Part shown: one piece after another, positions 1-12,688 of the stretch | How positions within the stretch are numbered: position 1 is the first letter of the stretch | Layout of the letters: the number at the start of each line of letters is the position of its first letter | Assembly: GCF_001194135.2 (NCBI RefSeq) | Contig: NC_068990.1 | Coordinates: 63,589,666-63,648,039, forward strand | DNA: 58,374 nt | Source: Octopus bimaculoides | Taxonomy: Eukaryota | Direction of reading: 5' to 3' | Notes under the pieces: model-generated | What the model was told of the DNA's origin: nothing | What the model saw: only the letters and a program-made list of their open reading frames with translations | Database searches by the model: none | Made by a program: the position numbers and the translations under genes

Positions 1-90
<90 letters not shown>
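1..90. repeat. (TAT)n then (TA)n microsatellite
   Basis: Directly visible. Confidence 0.98.
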
Positions 91-92
<2 letters not shown>

Positions 93-359
93 TGAATTAT
101 TTTCAGGGTCGAACAGAATGAAAGTGTTTAATAACAAAGGGACCGAAGTAGAGTCAGGTATAGCTCACCAGTGTACCAACAAAGTGTACTCACATATACG
201 TAGTTACGGATTTGTCCTTCCAGTTATGCCCGCATCCACAACTACCCATAGAATACACAACACATATTCAAAGTCGCACCTGGGTGCACAAACGATGAAG
301 ACAGGTGTATGAATAACACAGTGGGACTGAACCGGAACCAAGTGTTTTGGAGGCAAGCT

Positions 360-360
<1 letters not shown>
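91..360 (-). mobile_element. SINE with family-B head and a different body
   Basis: 318-360 reverse complement AAGCTTGCCTCCAAAACACTTGGTTCCGGTTCAGTCCCACTG matches the family B head; the body does not match other copies. Confidence 0.5.
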
Positions 361-391
<31 letters not shown>

Positions 392-774
392 AATTCGATT
401 CGAGGTTGTGTTAACCCCATGAAGGGGTGGTTTCATTCAAAGAAGTACTGGTTCAGTAACTAGTTTTTGGGAGGTAATTAATTTCCTTAAAATAATAGGT
501 ATGTATATAAAAAACATATAGTTTTTATTCATATAAAAGAAAAAGAAAATGGAGATTGGGAAGTTAATTATTGTTTATTATTAACACCATATTAATCATC
601 ATCCCTTACAGCTGTTCAAATTAATACTCAGTAAATATTAAGAAAATATAAGGGAATCATACTGTTGCTATTTAGCCCTAGGAAGCTGAACCGCTTACTG
701 TCGGCCTTGACACATTTCCTGTGTCCTTATGTTTATGAGAGGGAGACAAGCATCTCCACCCAGCTCAGAGTGCA

Positions 775-817
775 TTCAGGGACATGTTTCTGAGTCATTG
801 CTCCTCATCGGCCTGAA
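775..817 (-). ncRNA. Inverted partner hammerhead motif (U4 to C variant)
   Basis: Minus strand TTCAGG-CCGATGA-G GAG caatga CTC A-GAAA-CAT-GTC|CCTGAA; perfect 6-bp stem I; one core substitution. Confidence 0.55.
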
Positions 818-943
818 GTAGCAACACCAGCTGGCTGATAATGCGTGTCAAACTCTCTTTTATAATCAGTGAATGTGTTTTCACTAACAATATATATATT
901 TGCGAGAGTTTGACATACATTTTCAACCAGCTAGTGTCGCTAC

Positions 944-986
944 TTGAGGCTGATGACGAGCAATGACTCAGAAACATGTCCCTGAA
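944..986 (+). ncRNA. Minimal type-I hammerhead ribozyme motif
   Basis: TTGAGG-CTGATGA-C GAG caatga CTC A-GAAA-CAT-GTC|CCTGAA: intact CUGAUGA and GAAA boxes, GUC triplet (cut after 980), palindromic stem III ACATGT, stem I 5 of 6 paired. The 10.1-11.1 pair is non-canonical (C.A). Confidence 0.65.
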
Positions 987-1491
987 TGCAGACTAGGTGG
1001 GTGGAGGTGCTTGTCTCCCCCTCGCAAATATAAGGACACAGGAAATGTATCAAGGCCGACAGGAAGCGGTCCAGCTTCCTAGGGCTAAATAGCAGCAGTA
1101 TGATTCACTTATTGGGACTGTCATATTGAGTTGACAGTATACAACTGCTTTATCGTAACACTGCTGCTTAATTCTCTCTGTGAGATTTATAATTAGATCA
1201 TTTCTAATTAGATAAATATTAAATTTATACGACCTGAGCATAATATCTTCAGAAGGAAAAAATATACCCTTGGATATTTTATATGTATTTATGGATTCAT
1301 TATAGCAAACTGAATCATAGGGTTTATACATATACATATAAGTGTGTGTGTGTGTGTGTGTGTGTGTNNNNNNNNNNNNNNNNNNNNNNNNNNNNNNNNN
1401 NNNNNNNNNNNNNNNNNNNNNNNNNNNNNNNNNNNNNNNNNNNNNNNNNNNNNNNNNNNNNNNNNNNNNNNNNNNNNNNNNNNNNNNNNNN

Positions 1492-1535
<44 letters not shown>

Positions 1536-4384
1536 TTTCCGTAGTCTTGTAGTCCTTCATTTGCATCCTGATTTTTAGAAGTGACATTAACTTAGGATTA
1601 CATTTCATCCTCTAGTTCATTTCTGAGATTAATTTAGATTCGAATTACAATTACTATACTTTTGTACTTGTATTACAACTCAAATTATTTGAGATGTGAA
1701 AATATAATTGCTAACATTTCTTGATATTCTGTTAGCATTTCTATAATATTCTACTTTGTCAAAATATTTTCTTCTGTGTACTTACGCTTTACGTCAGTTT
1801 AGAATCACAAAGCTATTTTGATCGGGGTGGGAGGAGCTTACACGCAAAATCTAAATCTCTTCTAAATTTGTTTCCAAATTGACTTTATTGGCGTTCTTAA
1901 TGGTAACTTATTGAATTTTCCTAGTGGACAATATTTCTGTTTAAATTTTTATATTTTTTGTTATTATTTTACATGTTCGGATTTGAAGATATTTAAAGTT
2001 ATTTGCACGTTTTTGTATGTGGACATAGGAGATAGGAATAGGCTATGTGTGCGTATGTGTGTGTGTGTGTGTTGTGTGTGTGTGTGTGATTGCGTGTGCT
2101 TGTGCATGTGTGTGTGTACATGTATCATGTATGTATTTCTGTGTGTGACAATTGTGTACCTTAGCGTTGTAGATTTTCGATTTAAGTGATAATAATTTTC
2201 TTGTATGTCCTTACATGTACACATACAGATGCAAGTAAACACTGATACATTTAACTGCTGCTATAGATTACTATTTAATATTAGTTATTTTCAGTGATAT
2301 ATCCAAGCCTATACGTTTATAGTTTTTATGAAGATGCACTTTAGGTTGGGGGTCAAATTGTTTTATTTTTATTGTGAGATATATTGTATAACGAGAAGCT
2401 TGCTGCGTACTTCAAAATAGCCTGTTCCTAAAGTAGTTTGGAGTTGTATATTATTATTCTTTCGCTGTGTACGAGACAGGAAATAGACGTTTGTCTTTTT
2501 ATTAACTTTTTGTTGTTGTTGTTAACACTTTCACGAAAATGTGTCTACAGTCTGAAATAATTATTCATTTACTCAAGAGATTGTATATACATTTGCTCGA
2601 ATATGCCTGCATCTGTACACACATGCATATATGCCCTTTTATGTACTTCTATATACGTATGTGTGCCTCTATGTGTGTTAATAAGCGTACTGTGATCGTT
2701 TATTTTATGCATAGTTCTGCACTTAGCACAGTGATTTTTTGAACAACTTAACTAGAATTTCCCTTATCTAATTAATTTACATCAAGAATGCATTTACAAC
2801 ATCCAGTGTAAAAGGATCACCGTTTACTGACAGATGTTTGGGACATTTACTTAATTGTAGTGAAATTTCTATCTCATTGAACATCATGTACTTGGGTTAA
2901 ACATAAGAGTAATAAGAAATATTTTAGACTTCCCCTTCAGCCCAATATATATTGCTTTCCTTTGACCCTTTCAAACTACATTCTAACATGTTTTTCATAG
3001 TTTTAAAAGAACATATTTAAAAAGGGCTTCACTAAAATAAAAATAGTACTAATAGACATAAAAGCAAATTACACTGCTATCATGTTTATCTTCCCAACCC
3101 ACACTATGGAAGTTAAAAAAGGAGAGAAAACCTCGTATTCTATTATTCAATGCCAACAGAGGGTTCTTTGAGAAATCAATAGGAATCAACTGGTTAGTAG
3201 GGGTACTATACTAGGTTTCATATTGAAAATCCAAAATAGCATGACAAATATTTTTTGTTATATTTTGTTATATTTTTTCGTGAGATATCGAAAACTTTAT
3301 TATATCTACCAGTATTGTGGTTATGCTGTTGAATGATATACATATATTTTTCTTAACCCTGAAGTTCAATAAATCGAATACCTTACATACTTATTATTTG
3401 TTAACAATTCATCAATTACTAACTTCTATTTCTCCATACCTTACTAAGACAGTACGGTAATAAAACTAGGCTATTGTAGCCACAATAATTTCCTTTTTTA
3501 TTCGCGTACATACAGAATATCTTTGAAGGAATATAAAAAGTATATAGGTCCATAATTTTTGGATTTTGCCCTAGTTCGCTTATCACAGTGATAGGAAAAT
3601 CTTTTTGTTATTTATTATCTTCTTCGGGCATTATATTTTTACATATATACCATATGATCGTCTGAGACGGCATAATAGTGTTCTTGAAACATTTTAACTT
3701 AGATTTTGTCGTTCGTGTAGACATATTATCTCATCTTGTTCTTTACAATCAAAATTGTTTAATGTTTCAATATCCTACCCTTTTGTTAAATTTAATGAAA
3801 AAAAAAAAGATTTAGTGTGAACTGCAGAAAAGTTGACAAAATACTAACTTCGTGTTATCAGCAGGGATTTCTATTAATGCTCTTTGTAATTCAGTGTATT
3901 TAAAATAGTGAATTGTATAATTTCCATCACGTTCGCTGTATAGCTCAGTGGTTCTCGACAACTCTTTTATCTCGTAGTTAGGTAGGGGACATCATCAATC
4001 AAGAGAAAACGTGTTAATGCTCATAACTTTAGCAAGCTGCGCAGTTGACGATGACTAAGTGATTCCAAAGTTAATACTTTGAGACAATGTAAATATTAAA
4101 AAAAAAAGCAGACAACTCATACAGTAATTTCTTCATTATGTAGTTGTAACATTAAAATATTTCTCATAACACCTTGAAACTTTTGTTACGAGGGGCTTCA
4201 AGTATATAATAACAAAGCCAACGACAAATAACATACATAATAAACTAGTATAACTCATGTAAATATTAAGACATTTTAATTAGTTCTTCGGTGGTTACCC
4301 TGAGGAGGAAAAACACTTCATATACTTTATTAAACCTCTTGAACATGTGAAAATAATAAGGTGAGTTTAATATAGTTCATACAG

Positions 4385-4549
4385 AAGGCGGTGAGCTGAC
4401 AGAATCGTTAGCTCACCGGGAAAAATGTTTAGCGTCATTTCGTGCGTCTTTACGTTCTAAGTTTAAATTCCCTTCCAGATCGATAGCACTGGGGTCGATT
4501 TAACCGACTTACCCCATCTGTTGACCTTGTGCCAAAATTTGAAATCAAT
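4385..4549 (+). mobile_element. tRNA-derived SINE family A, internally deleted
   Basis: Head AAGGCGGTGAGCTGACAGAATCGTTAG, tail GCCAAAATTTGAAATCAAT; TSD AAT(A/G)TAGTTCATA at 4369-4381 and 4547-4559. Confidence 0.85.
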
Positions 4550-5250
4550 GTAGTTCATAAGAAGAAATTAGAAATCTTTCATTTTCTTAACTGGAAATAA
4601 AATAGCAACTAACAATGACGGAACATTGGGTATATGCATTTCTGCGAGAAAACTATTGAACAAAGTGTTTAATATGAGTTCTAGATTTAAGAAGTGTGGA
4701 ACGTTTTAACTGTATTTAGATAATATTTGCCTTGAGTCATCTCTTCAATTTCGGAGGAGTAAAGACTGTTACAGCAAACTAAGAAAAGATAGGGAAAGAT
4801 ATAGATTCAAACTGTGATGATCGTTTGGTGTAGAACTAATTTAGGGATTTGCTACTCGGCAGATGGAATTTAATTTGTATAAAATCTATAAGATATATAA
4901 GATACTGTCTTTTGTCGGTTGTATTTCTATAGTTTTAAACGTATTCTTGATCTCAAAAGAAATGCTAGCCTGCAGACCGAATTCATTACATACGTATTAC
5001 ATTGTCTTTGGGCAAGACAATTACCTCCCGTTAAACCCAGAACTTTTGTTATATGTAAGTATGTATTACTTCTCAAGTATACTAGTTTAGAAGTAAGAAA
5101 GAGTTATAATGAAATGACAAGCCTACTGAACGGTAATAGATCAACTAAATCGTCCAGATATATCGTATCCAATAAATTTCGGATAACGTAGTGTCCATAA
5201 TATTTAAGAACTTATCTCGGCTGAAAGATAGTAACTGTAAAACAAAGCTA

Positions 5251-5410
5251 GCAGTTTTGTGGGGAAGGAGAGCTATAATATTTTACCGGCCCCGAAGGAC
5301 GAAAAGCAAAGTTGGCCTCGGTGATATTTTGTCTCAGAAAGTAATGAATTGAAAGAAATGCCACTAACCGTTTTGTCCAACATGTTAACTATTCTACCGC
5401 TCGCCGCTTT
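5251..5410 (-). mobile_element. SINE family A, decayed
   Basis: Reverse complement starts AAAGCGGCGAGCGGTAGAATAGTTAAC; divergent body. Confidence 0.6.
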
Positions 5411-5553
5411 AAACAATGAAATTAATGGTAAATGCTTACAATACGTCTTATATTAGACGTTTTTGTTTGGCCTTCATTCACATACTACGTTTGTTGTATA
5501 TTTGTACTTGTAACAGCATGGTGTAACAGTATTAATATTTATAGGTAACTATA

Positions 5554-7043
5554 CACTGAACCGCAAAAGAAACGCGATTTTTTCAAATGTCATTTTTATG
5601 TTAAATTCTGAAAATTTATTTCGGGGATGTAAGTGTAAATACTCCAAGACATGCTGGTTTATGGCTGAGACCCAAATTACAGGTAACCTTTCAACTTTCC
5701 CTGAAACGAGACGCCAAAACGCAGCTGTGTTGAATGCTATGGATGGCAGTCGCATACAATTGTATAATCTCGTGGAGGTTATGGGTATAAAAATCAATTT
5801 GAACCACACTCCTGGCATTCGTAATTTGGACGCATCAGGCAAGCCCCGATTGTGAGCAGCGCAGAGAACAAGCTATCGGCCGATTGCAAGCAGTGCAGCG
5901 TGCCCTGGTTGTTGCGAAAGCTTACAATGTTCATGTCAGCACTATCTGTCGCCTGCAACAGCGATACAACACCAACAATACTGCAGACTGTGACCACGCC
6001 CAGGCAGGACCACTTCATTCACCTGCAACACCTCCGTGATCGCTTCAGGCCAGCCAGTGTGACAGCTCGTGAAGCCACTGGCACTGGACAGCGACCCATC
6101 AGTGACGACACAGCACGACGTCGACTAGCTGACAACAACCTGCGTTGCCGTCGTCTTGCTCGAGGGACTGTCCTCACCGCCCACCACCGTCAGGCACGAC
6201 TATATTGAGCTACACAGCTCCGACATTGGCGGCATCAACAATGGCGTTCGATAGTCGTCTCTGAAGAGGACCGGTACTGCGTTTCCACCTCGGATAGCAG
6301 AGTGAGGGTGTGGCGTAGGAAGGACGAATGTTACAGAGACGCATGTGTCATAGAGAGAGACACATGGGGTAGTCAAAGCATCATGGTTTGGGATGCTATA
6401 GGCTTGAATCAGAGAATTGGGCCCCATGTATACCAAAATGTTGGTGCAGGCAGAGGGAAAAGCATCACAGCACAGCGCTACCTGATCAGATCCTAAGACC
6501 TCACATCTTGCCCTTCTTCGCACGTTACCATAGCCACGTGTTCCAGCGGGACAATGCTCCCTCCCACACGGCCAGTGTCATCATGGACTTCCTGCGCCAG
6601 CACAACATCAGAACCTTGCCGTGGCCAGCTCTCAGCCCTGATTTGAATCCAATTGAACACTTGTGGGATGAAATCCAGAGACGGCTGAACCAGGTGGTCC
6701 CAAGGCTGACAACTCATGTGGAACTGGAGGCATCTTTCCTCAGTATGTGGGCACAGGTACCAATGCCTTTTGTGAACCGCCGCATGCACTCCTTGTACCG
6801 ACGGTGTATGGCCGTTTTGAACACCCAGGGAGGACATACATGGTTTTGAACATGTCACGCCCTAAAATCCCGATGTGCCGGATCCACCCACTACTAGAAC
6901 ACATGACAACAACTCATAGACTGTGTCCAAAGTGCATGCAAGAAATTGACTTTATCAGATTTATCAATATTTATCTCTGATGTAATGAAATTAAAACATA
7001 TTTGATAGTCACACACGTCTCGCGTTTCTTTTGCGGTTCAGTG
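5554..7043 (+). mobile_element. Full-length non-functional Tc1/mariner DNA transposon (DD34E)
   Basis: Perfect 24-bp TIRs CACTGAACCGCAAAAGAAACGCGA (5554-5577 and 7020-7043); TA TSD at 5552-53 and 7044-45; internal decayed transposase. Confidence 0.95.
5841..6849 (+). pseudogene. Tc1 transposase pseudogene
   Basis: Start decayed (AAG CCC CGA TTG TGA = (M)PRL*...EQAIGRLQA); GRPR linker apparently deleted; stop at 6206-08; frameshift near 6485; first Asp motif reads VSEEDRY; QRDNAPSH...SPDLNPIEHLW gives D-34-E spacing. Confidence 0.93.
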
Positions 7044-7269
7044 TATATTCTATGTCGCTTGCCCGGTCAATGTAGATATTTGAAATACTAGTTACTCTTG
7101 CAAGAGCTTTTCTCAAAGTGTGCACTCTTTACTTATACTTATTTATACTCTACGACAGAAGTAAACCTTAAGAAATCTGAGTGTCCACAGGATGAAATAG
7201 AAAAATTATAGAACTACGAAAAAAGAATTTCTAACTTCCGGTCAGCCATTATTAGCCATTATTATGATT

Positions 7270-7460
7270 GACCGTTGACTGAACACTATTCAATTTTTTT
7301 TCTCCGTGTTTTTCTCCTTGTCTCCGTATTCTTTCTGTTGAAGAGCGTAGCTCGAAACGTCAAAGACTTTCCGTATTCCCGAGCGTCATACTAATACATC
7401 CTTTTGTTATTTACACCACCTGTCCTCGTCTGTTGTTGTTTTTTCGTACATTCTCTCCCA
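7270..7460 (+). mobile_element. PLE-type terminal repeat fragment abutting (TA)n
   Basis: 7341-7460 matches the reverse complement of 16841-16956 closely; contains the hammerhead-like motif. Confidence 0.6.
7330..7366 (+). ncRNA. Hammerhead-like motif in a PLE-type terminal repeat
   Basis: TCTTT-CTGTTGA-A-GAGC gta GCTC-GAAA-CGTC|AAAGA: stems I and II perfect, palindromic ACGT stem III; core variant (A6 to U, extra A). Confidence 0.45.
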
Positions 7461-8055
7461 TATATATATATATANNNNNNNNNNNNNNNNNNNNNNNNNN
7501 NNNNNNNNNNNNNNNNNNNNNNNNNNNNNNNNNNNNNNNNNNNNNNNNNNNNNNNNNNNNNNNNNNNNNNNNNNNNNNNNNNNNNNNNNNNNNNNNNNNN
7601 NNNNNNNNNNNNNNNNNNNNNNNNNNNNNNNNNNNNNNNNNNNNNNNNNNNNNNNNNNNNNNNNNNNNNNNNNNNNNNNNNNNNNNNNNNNNNNNNNNNN
7701 NNNNNNNNNNNNNNNNNNNNNNNNNNNNNNNNNNNNNNNNNNNNNNNNNNNNNNNNNNNNNNNNNNNNNNNNNNNNNNNNNNNNNNNNNNNNNNNNNNNN
7801 NNNNNNNNNNNNNNNNNNNNNNNNNNNNNNNNNNNNNNNNNNNNNNNNNNNNNNNNNNNNNNNNNNNNNNNNNNNNNNNNNNNNNNNNNNNNNNNNNNNN
7901 NNNNNNNNNNNNNNNNNNNNNNNNTATATATATATATATTTAGGTGGGTGGGGGCGTATGTGTGTGAGTGCATATGTGTTATACAAACATACGTGTATTT
8001 ATATATATATATATATACATATATACATGTATGCATATATACATATATATATGTT

Positions 8056-8086
<31 letters not shown>

Positions 8087-8735
8087 GTGTGTACGTGTGT
8101 GTGTACAAGTGGGCGTGCATGTGTGTGCGCGCATGTGTGTGTGTGTGTGTGTGCGTCTGACAGAGTTTTCATTTTTTCCAACATGATGTATAATTTTCAG
8201 TTTTGAGTTTGAACTTTGCAATGCCACATGTTTAAAATTATCATTTAATTTTATTGTTCAGTATTAGTATTAGTATTTATTTTCCTTTTCCTTACGTTTT
8301 ATCGGATATATTATATCTATCTTTTGTTTCTTTTTTAATTTTCGCGTTGCTGCTATTTATACAGTAGAAAAATTTTACGAACGTAATGTTCGTAGTAGAC
8401 GTGAAAATAACGATGAACAATTTAAAACGAGTTTGAATTTATAGATCTATAACTCTAATACTTAAATTACATTTAAACATTTTAATGAATTTTATTTTGT
8501 GATCAAATCATCTTTATAGTCATTTTATTTATAATGCTAATGGAATAAAACGAGCACAAGTTAGCTAATATATTCTTTAATAACCACAATATATGTACTA
8601 AAGATACATAAACATGAGTCAATTATACGTATAAGTCTAAATATTTTAAGCTCATACACACGCTTACAACTAGTATATTTGCATATTCTTACAAGTAAGT
8701 GTATATATGTGCATGTGTCTGTGTGTGCGCGCGCA

Positions 8736-8766
<31 letters not shown>

Positions 8767-8776
8767 NNNNNNNNNN

Positions 8777-8827
<51 letters not shown>

Positions 8828-8908
8828 TAGAGAGATTGATAGATAGATCGATATACATGTATTATAGATATATATAGACATATATGTATAGACATATATA
8901 TAAATACA

Positions 8909-8959
<51 letters not shown>

Positions 8960-9984
8960 TCTAATACGAGATAGATTGAACAGACTTTGTTTCAAATCAC
9001 TGCAATTGTTTCAACGCATTATTATCAGTTGTTAATTGCTGAATGTTACATATATTATACGCAATATGATATTAATATGATTGAACAATGATTTACATGT
9101 TTATCCACTGGTGACCCGTGTACACATTCATGAAAATGAAAAGTATGAGTGTATGTTTGGACAAATATATATATATGTATATACTCATATATGTACATTA
9201 GTGTTGTATAAATGTATACGTGTGCGTGCAAGTAAATTTAATGAGTTGAAAATCAACAGGGTAAAGACTGTAGTTGTGATATTATATAGCTAACATTTCT
9301 CTGCAAGATGACAGGTTTTTGGCATCTTGCTGAGTTAAGGAAGTGAGCGTACGTCACTAGTTTTCTTTGAAGTGCAGCGGTAACAGACACAAAAGACGGG
9401 TAATTTTTAAAGGTCATCTTTTTATGACATTCTTATTTTTTAAATCTTTTTATTTTCCTAAAATTTCAAACAAATATGTTGTTAATGATCGAATGAAAAT
9501 GCGGTTTCTTTCTTTTATTTCCCTTGATTTAATTTTGCTATTTCTTTTTTCTCATTTGTATCTCTACGTATTTCCTTGTTCCACTTTGTAAAAGGAATAT
9601 TAAAAATAGTATTTCAGTAGGAGTATACAACCGAAAATGTTGAAAAACTAAATTTGAGATAGCACTACTTTGACTCTGGTCGTATGAAGATGCGTATGTA
9701 TACAGCTATTGTTCAATCATATTAGTACAATATTGCATATGATTTGTGTAACATCCAGCAATTAAGAGCTAGAAATGATGCGTTGAAACAACTGGAGTGA
9801 TTTGTAATAAAGCCTGTCCAATCTCCTTTTTTGTATTTAAATTTTTTGTTTACACTCTATGGAAATGTGCAGCTTTCTACATGTATATCCAGTAATAGAA
9901 GTCCTACTGTATAATAACATTTGGTTGCCGATATCCGGAGCGTAACTTTGGGGAACATCCAGATTATATTAATATATATATATA

Positions 9985-10126
<142 letters not shown>

Positions 10127-10588
10127 GGTGTGGTCGTTGCTGATGTGCATGTGTGGGTGTGGATTTGTACGCACGTGCTTGTGGTGTACGTGTTTGTGTT
10201 TGATAACACTAGCTAATTATATTCAAGCTAAACTCTTGACAGTTTGAAACAGGTAAATGGATATAAAATTCTTCGGCAAATCTGTTTCGTCTAAATTTGA
10301 AATACGTTTCTCGATATTCATGTCTGCGGAGGAATTGTTCTATAATCATCATTAGATTTTGGAAGACTTCATGATTTCTTACTTAAGCACCAAATGACTG
10401 TTAGTAGACGCACACTTGAGTGATCTGAATTTATCAGATAAATGATATTAATATAATCGTCATAGACATGATGGTATAGTTGGCCTTGTGAAATCATAAC
10501 TCAGAATGGGATGAAACGAGCTAAGTACTAGAAGTACTTTAATTAGGAGGTCTTGTGTTTTATGATTTTATTGCTGTTCTAGTGTTTC

Positions 10589-10772
10589 AATATTGGTTTC
10601 AAATTTTTGGCACAAGGCCAGATAATTTGTGGTAGATGTAAGTCGATCACATCGACCCCAGTACTCGACCATTATTTTATCGTTATCGAAAGGATGAAAG
10701 GCAAAATCCACATCGGCGGAATTTGAACTCAGAACAAAAAGACAGACAAATGTTGCTAAACATTTTGCCGAC
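10589..10772 (-). mobile_element. SINE family A, 5'-truncated
   Basis: AATATTGGTTTCAAATTTTTGGCACAAGGCC...GGAATTTGAACTCAGAAC on the + strand. Confidence 0.85.
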
Positions 10773-11517
10773 TCAAATGTCCAAAAATGAAAATGAAAAG
10801 CGAACATGAGCGGACTAATAATATCCTGGTAGACGATAAAATCCATACCTTGTGCTCCATATTTTAGCTTTCACTCTTTTCAGTTGGAAGTTTAGCTGTT
10901 CATTAACAGTGCAATATTTACAATTATTTCTGTTACTTTGATGAGATTGACCAATATATAATGAAAAGTTTAGACGAGCTTGAACCTCCTGGTTATCTGA
11001 TACATCGGTTTATTGTTTTATATTCCTAATTTCATAACAAATCAGATAATCTCTGATATTTATGATATATTCACAAAATCTGCTAATAAATTCCTGTCTA
11101 TATGCATCGTACACTGAAATGTGTAACAGAAAAGAAAGCTGTTTTTTTTTTTAATTGTGAAATCCTTTATCAATACATCCAAATAACGAAGTTTTAATTC
11201 ATACAAGAGAATAAAAGTCGTCAGATTTTTTTATCAATTACTTTTATTTTATATTTCCGTAATATATGCGTGACTTTCTCTCTACTTCGGTGGGTTTGGA
11301 ATGGATGAATGTGTTTCCTTGTGTACATCTAGTTATGTATATGTGTGTGCATGCATGGATCCCTATGTCTGTTTTCCAACATGCATCATTGTGTCTGTTT
11401 TTCAGCCTGCATTAAAATGCTCCTGAGCCCATGACTGCAAAAGAATGGTGATATTCAGCTTTATTCCTCTAAACCATGTTCTACAATCAATACAACTTAC
11501 TTCTTCAATACCGGTCG

Positions 11518-11843
11518 TCAAAGTTTTACAGTTTGGTTGGCATTACGTTTAATACTCTGGCCATGTACAGGTGGAAGCTGGGAAGTCGTTTGCCGTGAAG
11601 ACATTACTGGTAAACCAATACTTTGGAATTCTGACTGTAAACGCTGCCGGACTGCTTTAACGTTGTTTGAATGCTTCGGGATACTTAGTGAATCCCATAT
11701 GTTTCGTTTCTCATTCTTCACTTGACTAGATGCTTGTGTAGTTTCATTGCCATCATTTTCTGCTTCTTTGTTATAGTCAGATTTATCTGAATTTTCAACA
11801 GTTATTCCTATTCTCTTACTTTTTCCATTGGATTGAAGAGTAT
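11518..11843 (-). CDS. Second (last) coding exon of the same putative gene
   Basis: Pyrimidine-rich acceptor CTTCTTCCTTTAAAG| at 11844. Open in phase 1 (326 nt): (N)TLQSNGKSKRIGITVENSDKSDYNKEAEND...VKNEKRNIWDSLSIPK...QTVKL*, TGA at 11520-11518. A GTAAGT donor follows 17 nt after the stop (11500). Phase matches the 15205 donor. Confidence 0.65.
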
Positions 11844-12254
11844 CTTTAAAGGAAGAAGTGTAAAGCGAAAAATTAGTTTATACACGCATTCAAAATACGA
11901 AAATGATTTTCTTTACAACTTATAATGAGATTATTTTAAAAAGTTACCTAAACATAATGAAAGTGTATCTTATCAAGATTTTATTTTCTATTCTGGTAAA
12001 TTATTATGTTCTTTTGAGAGTTTGTACTGCTAGTTCCTTCACATTTATTAACTTAAACTACTCATTTCAAGAATGAAGTAACCCAATATTCAGGTTTTAA
12101 AATGTGCGAGATGTATGAATGAAAGTATAAGATAATCGAAACTTGTTCTAAAGAATTAAATTTTAGAGCTTGTTGTCATAACATCGATAAATAGCAAGGA
12201 AATATATAATTTTACATTTTACATGTTTAGTAATGTCACAAATGTTTTCTTTAT

Positions 12255-12444
12255 AATATTGATTTCAAATGTTGGCACAAGGCCAGCAAGTTCAAGGGAG
12301 GGAATATGTCGATTACATCGACCTCAGCATGAATGAAAGGATGAAAAGCAAAGTTGACATCGGTGGAATTTGAACTCAGAACGTACAGATGGACGAAATG
12401 CTGCTAAGCATTTTACCTGGCGTGTTAATAATTTTGCTGCCTTA
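12255..12444 (-). mobile_element. SINE family A (left member of a head-to-head pair)
   Basis: Family A sequence on the minus strand; 16-bp TSD TTTTCTT(T/C)ATAATATT at 12245-12260 and 12445-12460. Confidence 0.9.
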
Positions 12445-12469
12445 TTTTCTTCATAATATTAACTTCACA

Positions 12470-12688
12470 CAGGGCGTTGAGCTGCCAGAAACGTTAGCAC
12501 GCCGGACAAAATGCTTAGCAACATTTCGTCCGTCTGTATGTTCTGCGTTCAAATTCCGCCGAGGTCGACATAGTCTTTCATCCTTCTGGGGTTGATAAAA
12601 TAAGTACCATTTGGACACTGGGGTCGATGTAATTGACTTATCCCAGGCCCGAACTTGCTAGCCTTGTTCCAAAATTTAAAACCAATAT
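12470..12688 (+). mobile_element. SINE family A (right member of a head-to-head pair)
   Basis: Full-length; TSD AATAT(T)AACTTCAC at 12455-12468 and 12684-12696. Confidence 0.9.

Larger units (their letters stand above)
648..1112. repeat. Long foldback (about 210-bp arms, 45-bp spacer), probably a PLE-derived inverted terminal segment
   Basis: 649-858 is the reverse complement of about 904-1111, roughly 89% identical by hand alignment; each arm carries a hammerhead motif. Confidence 0.9.
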
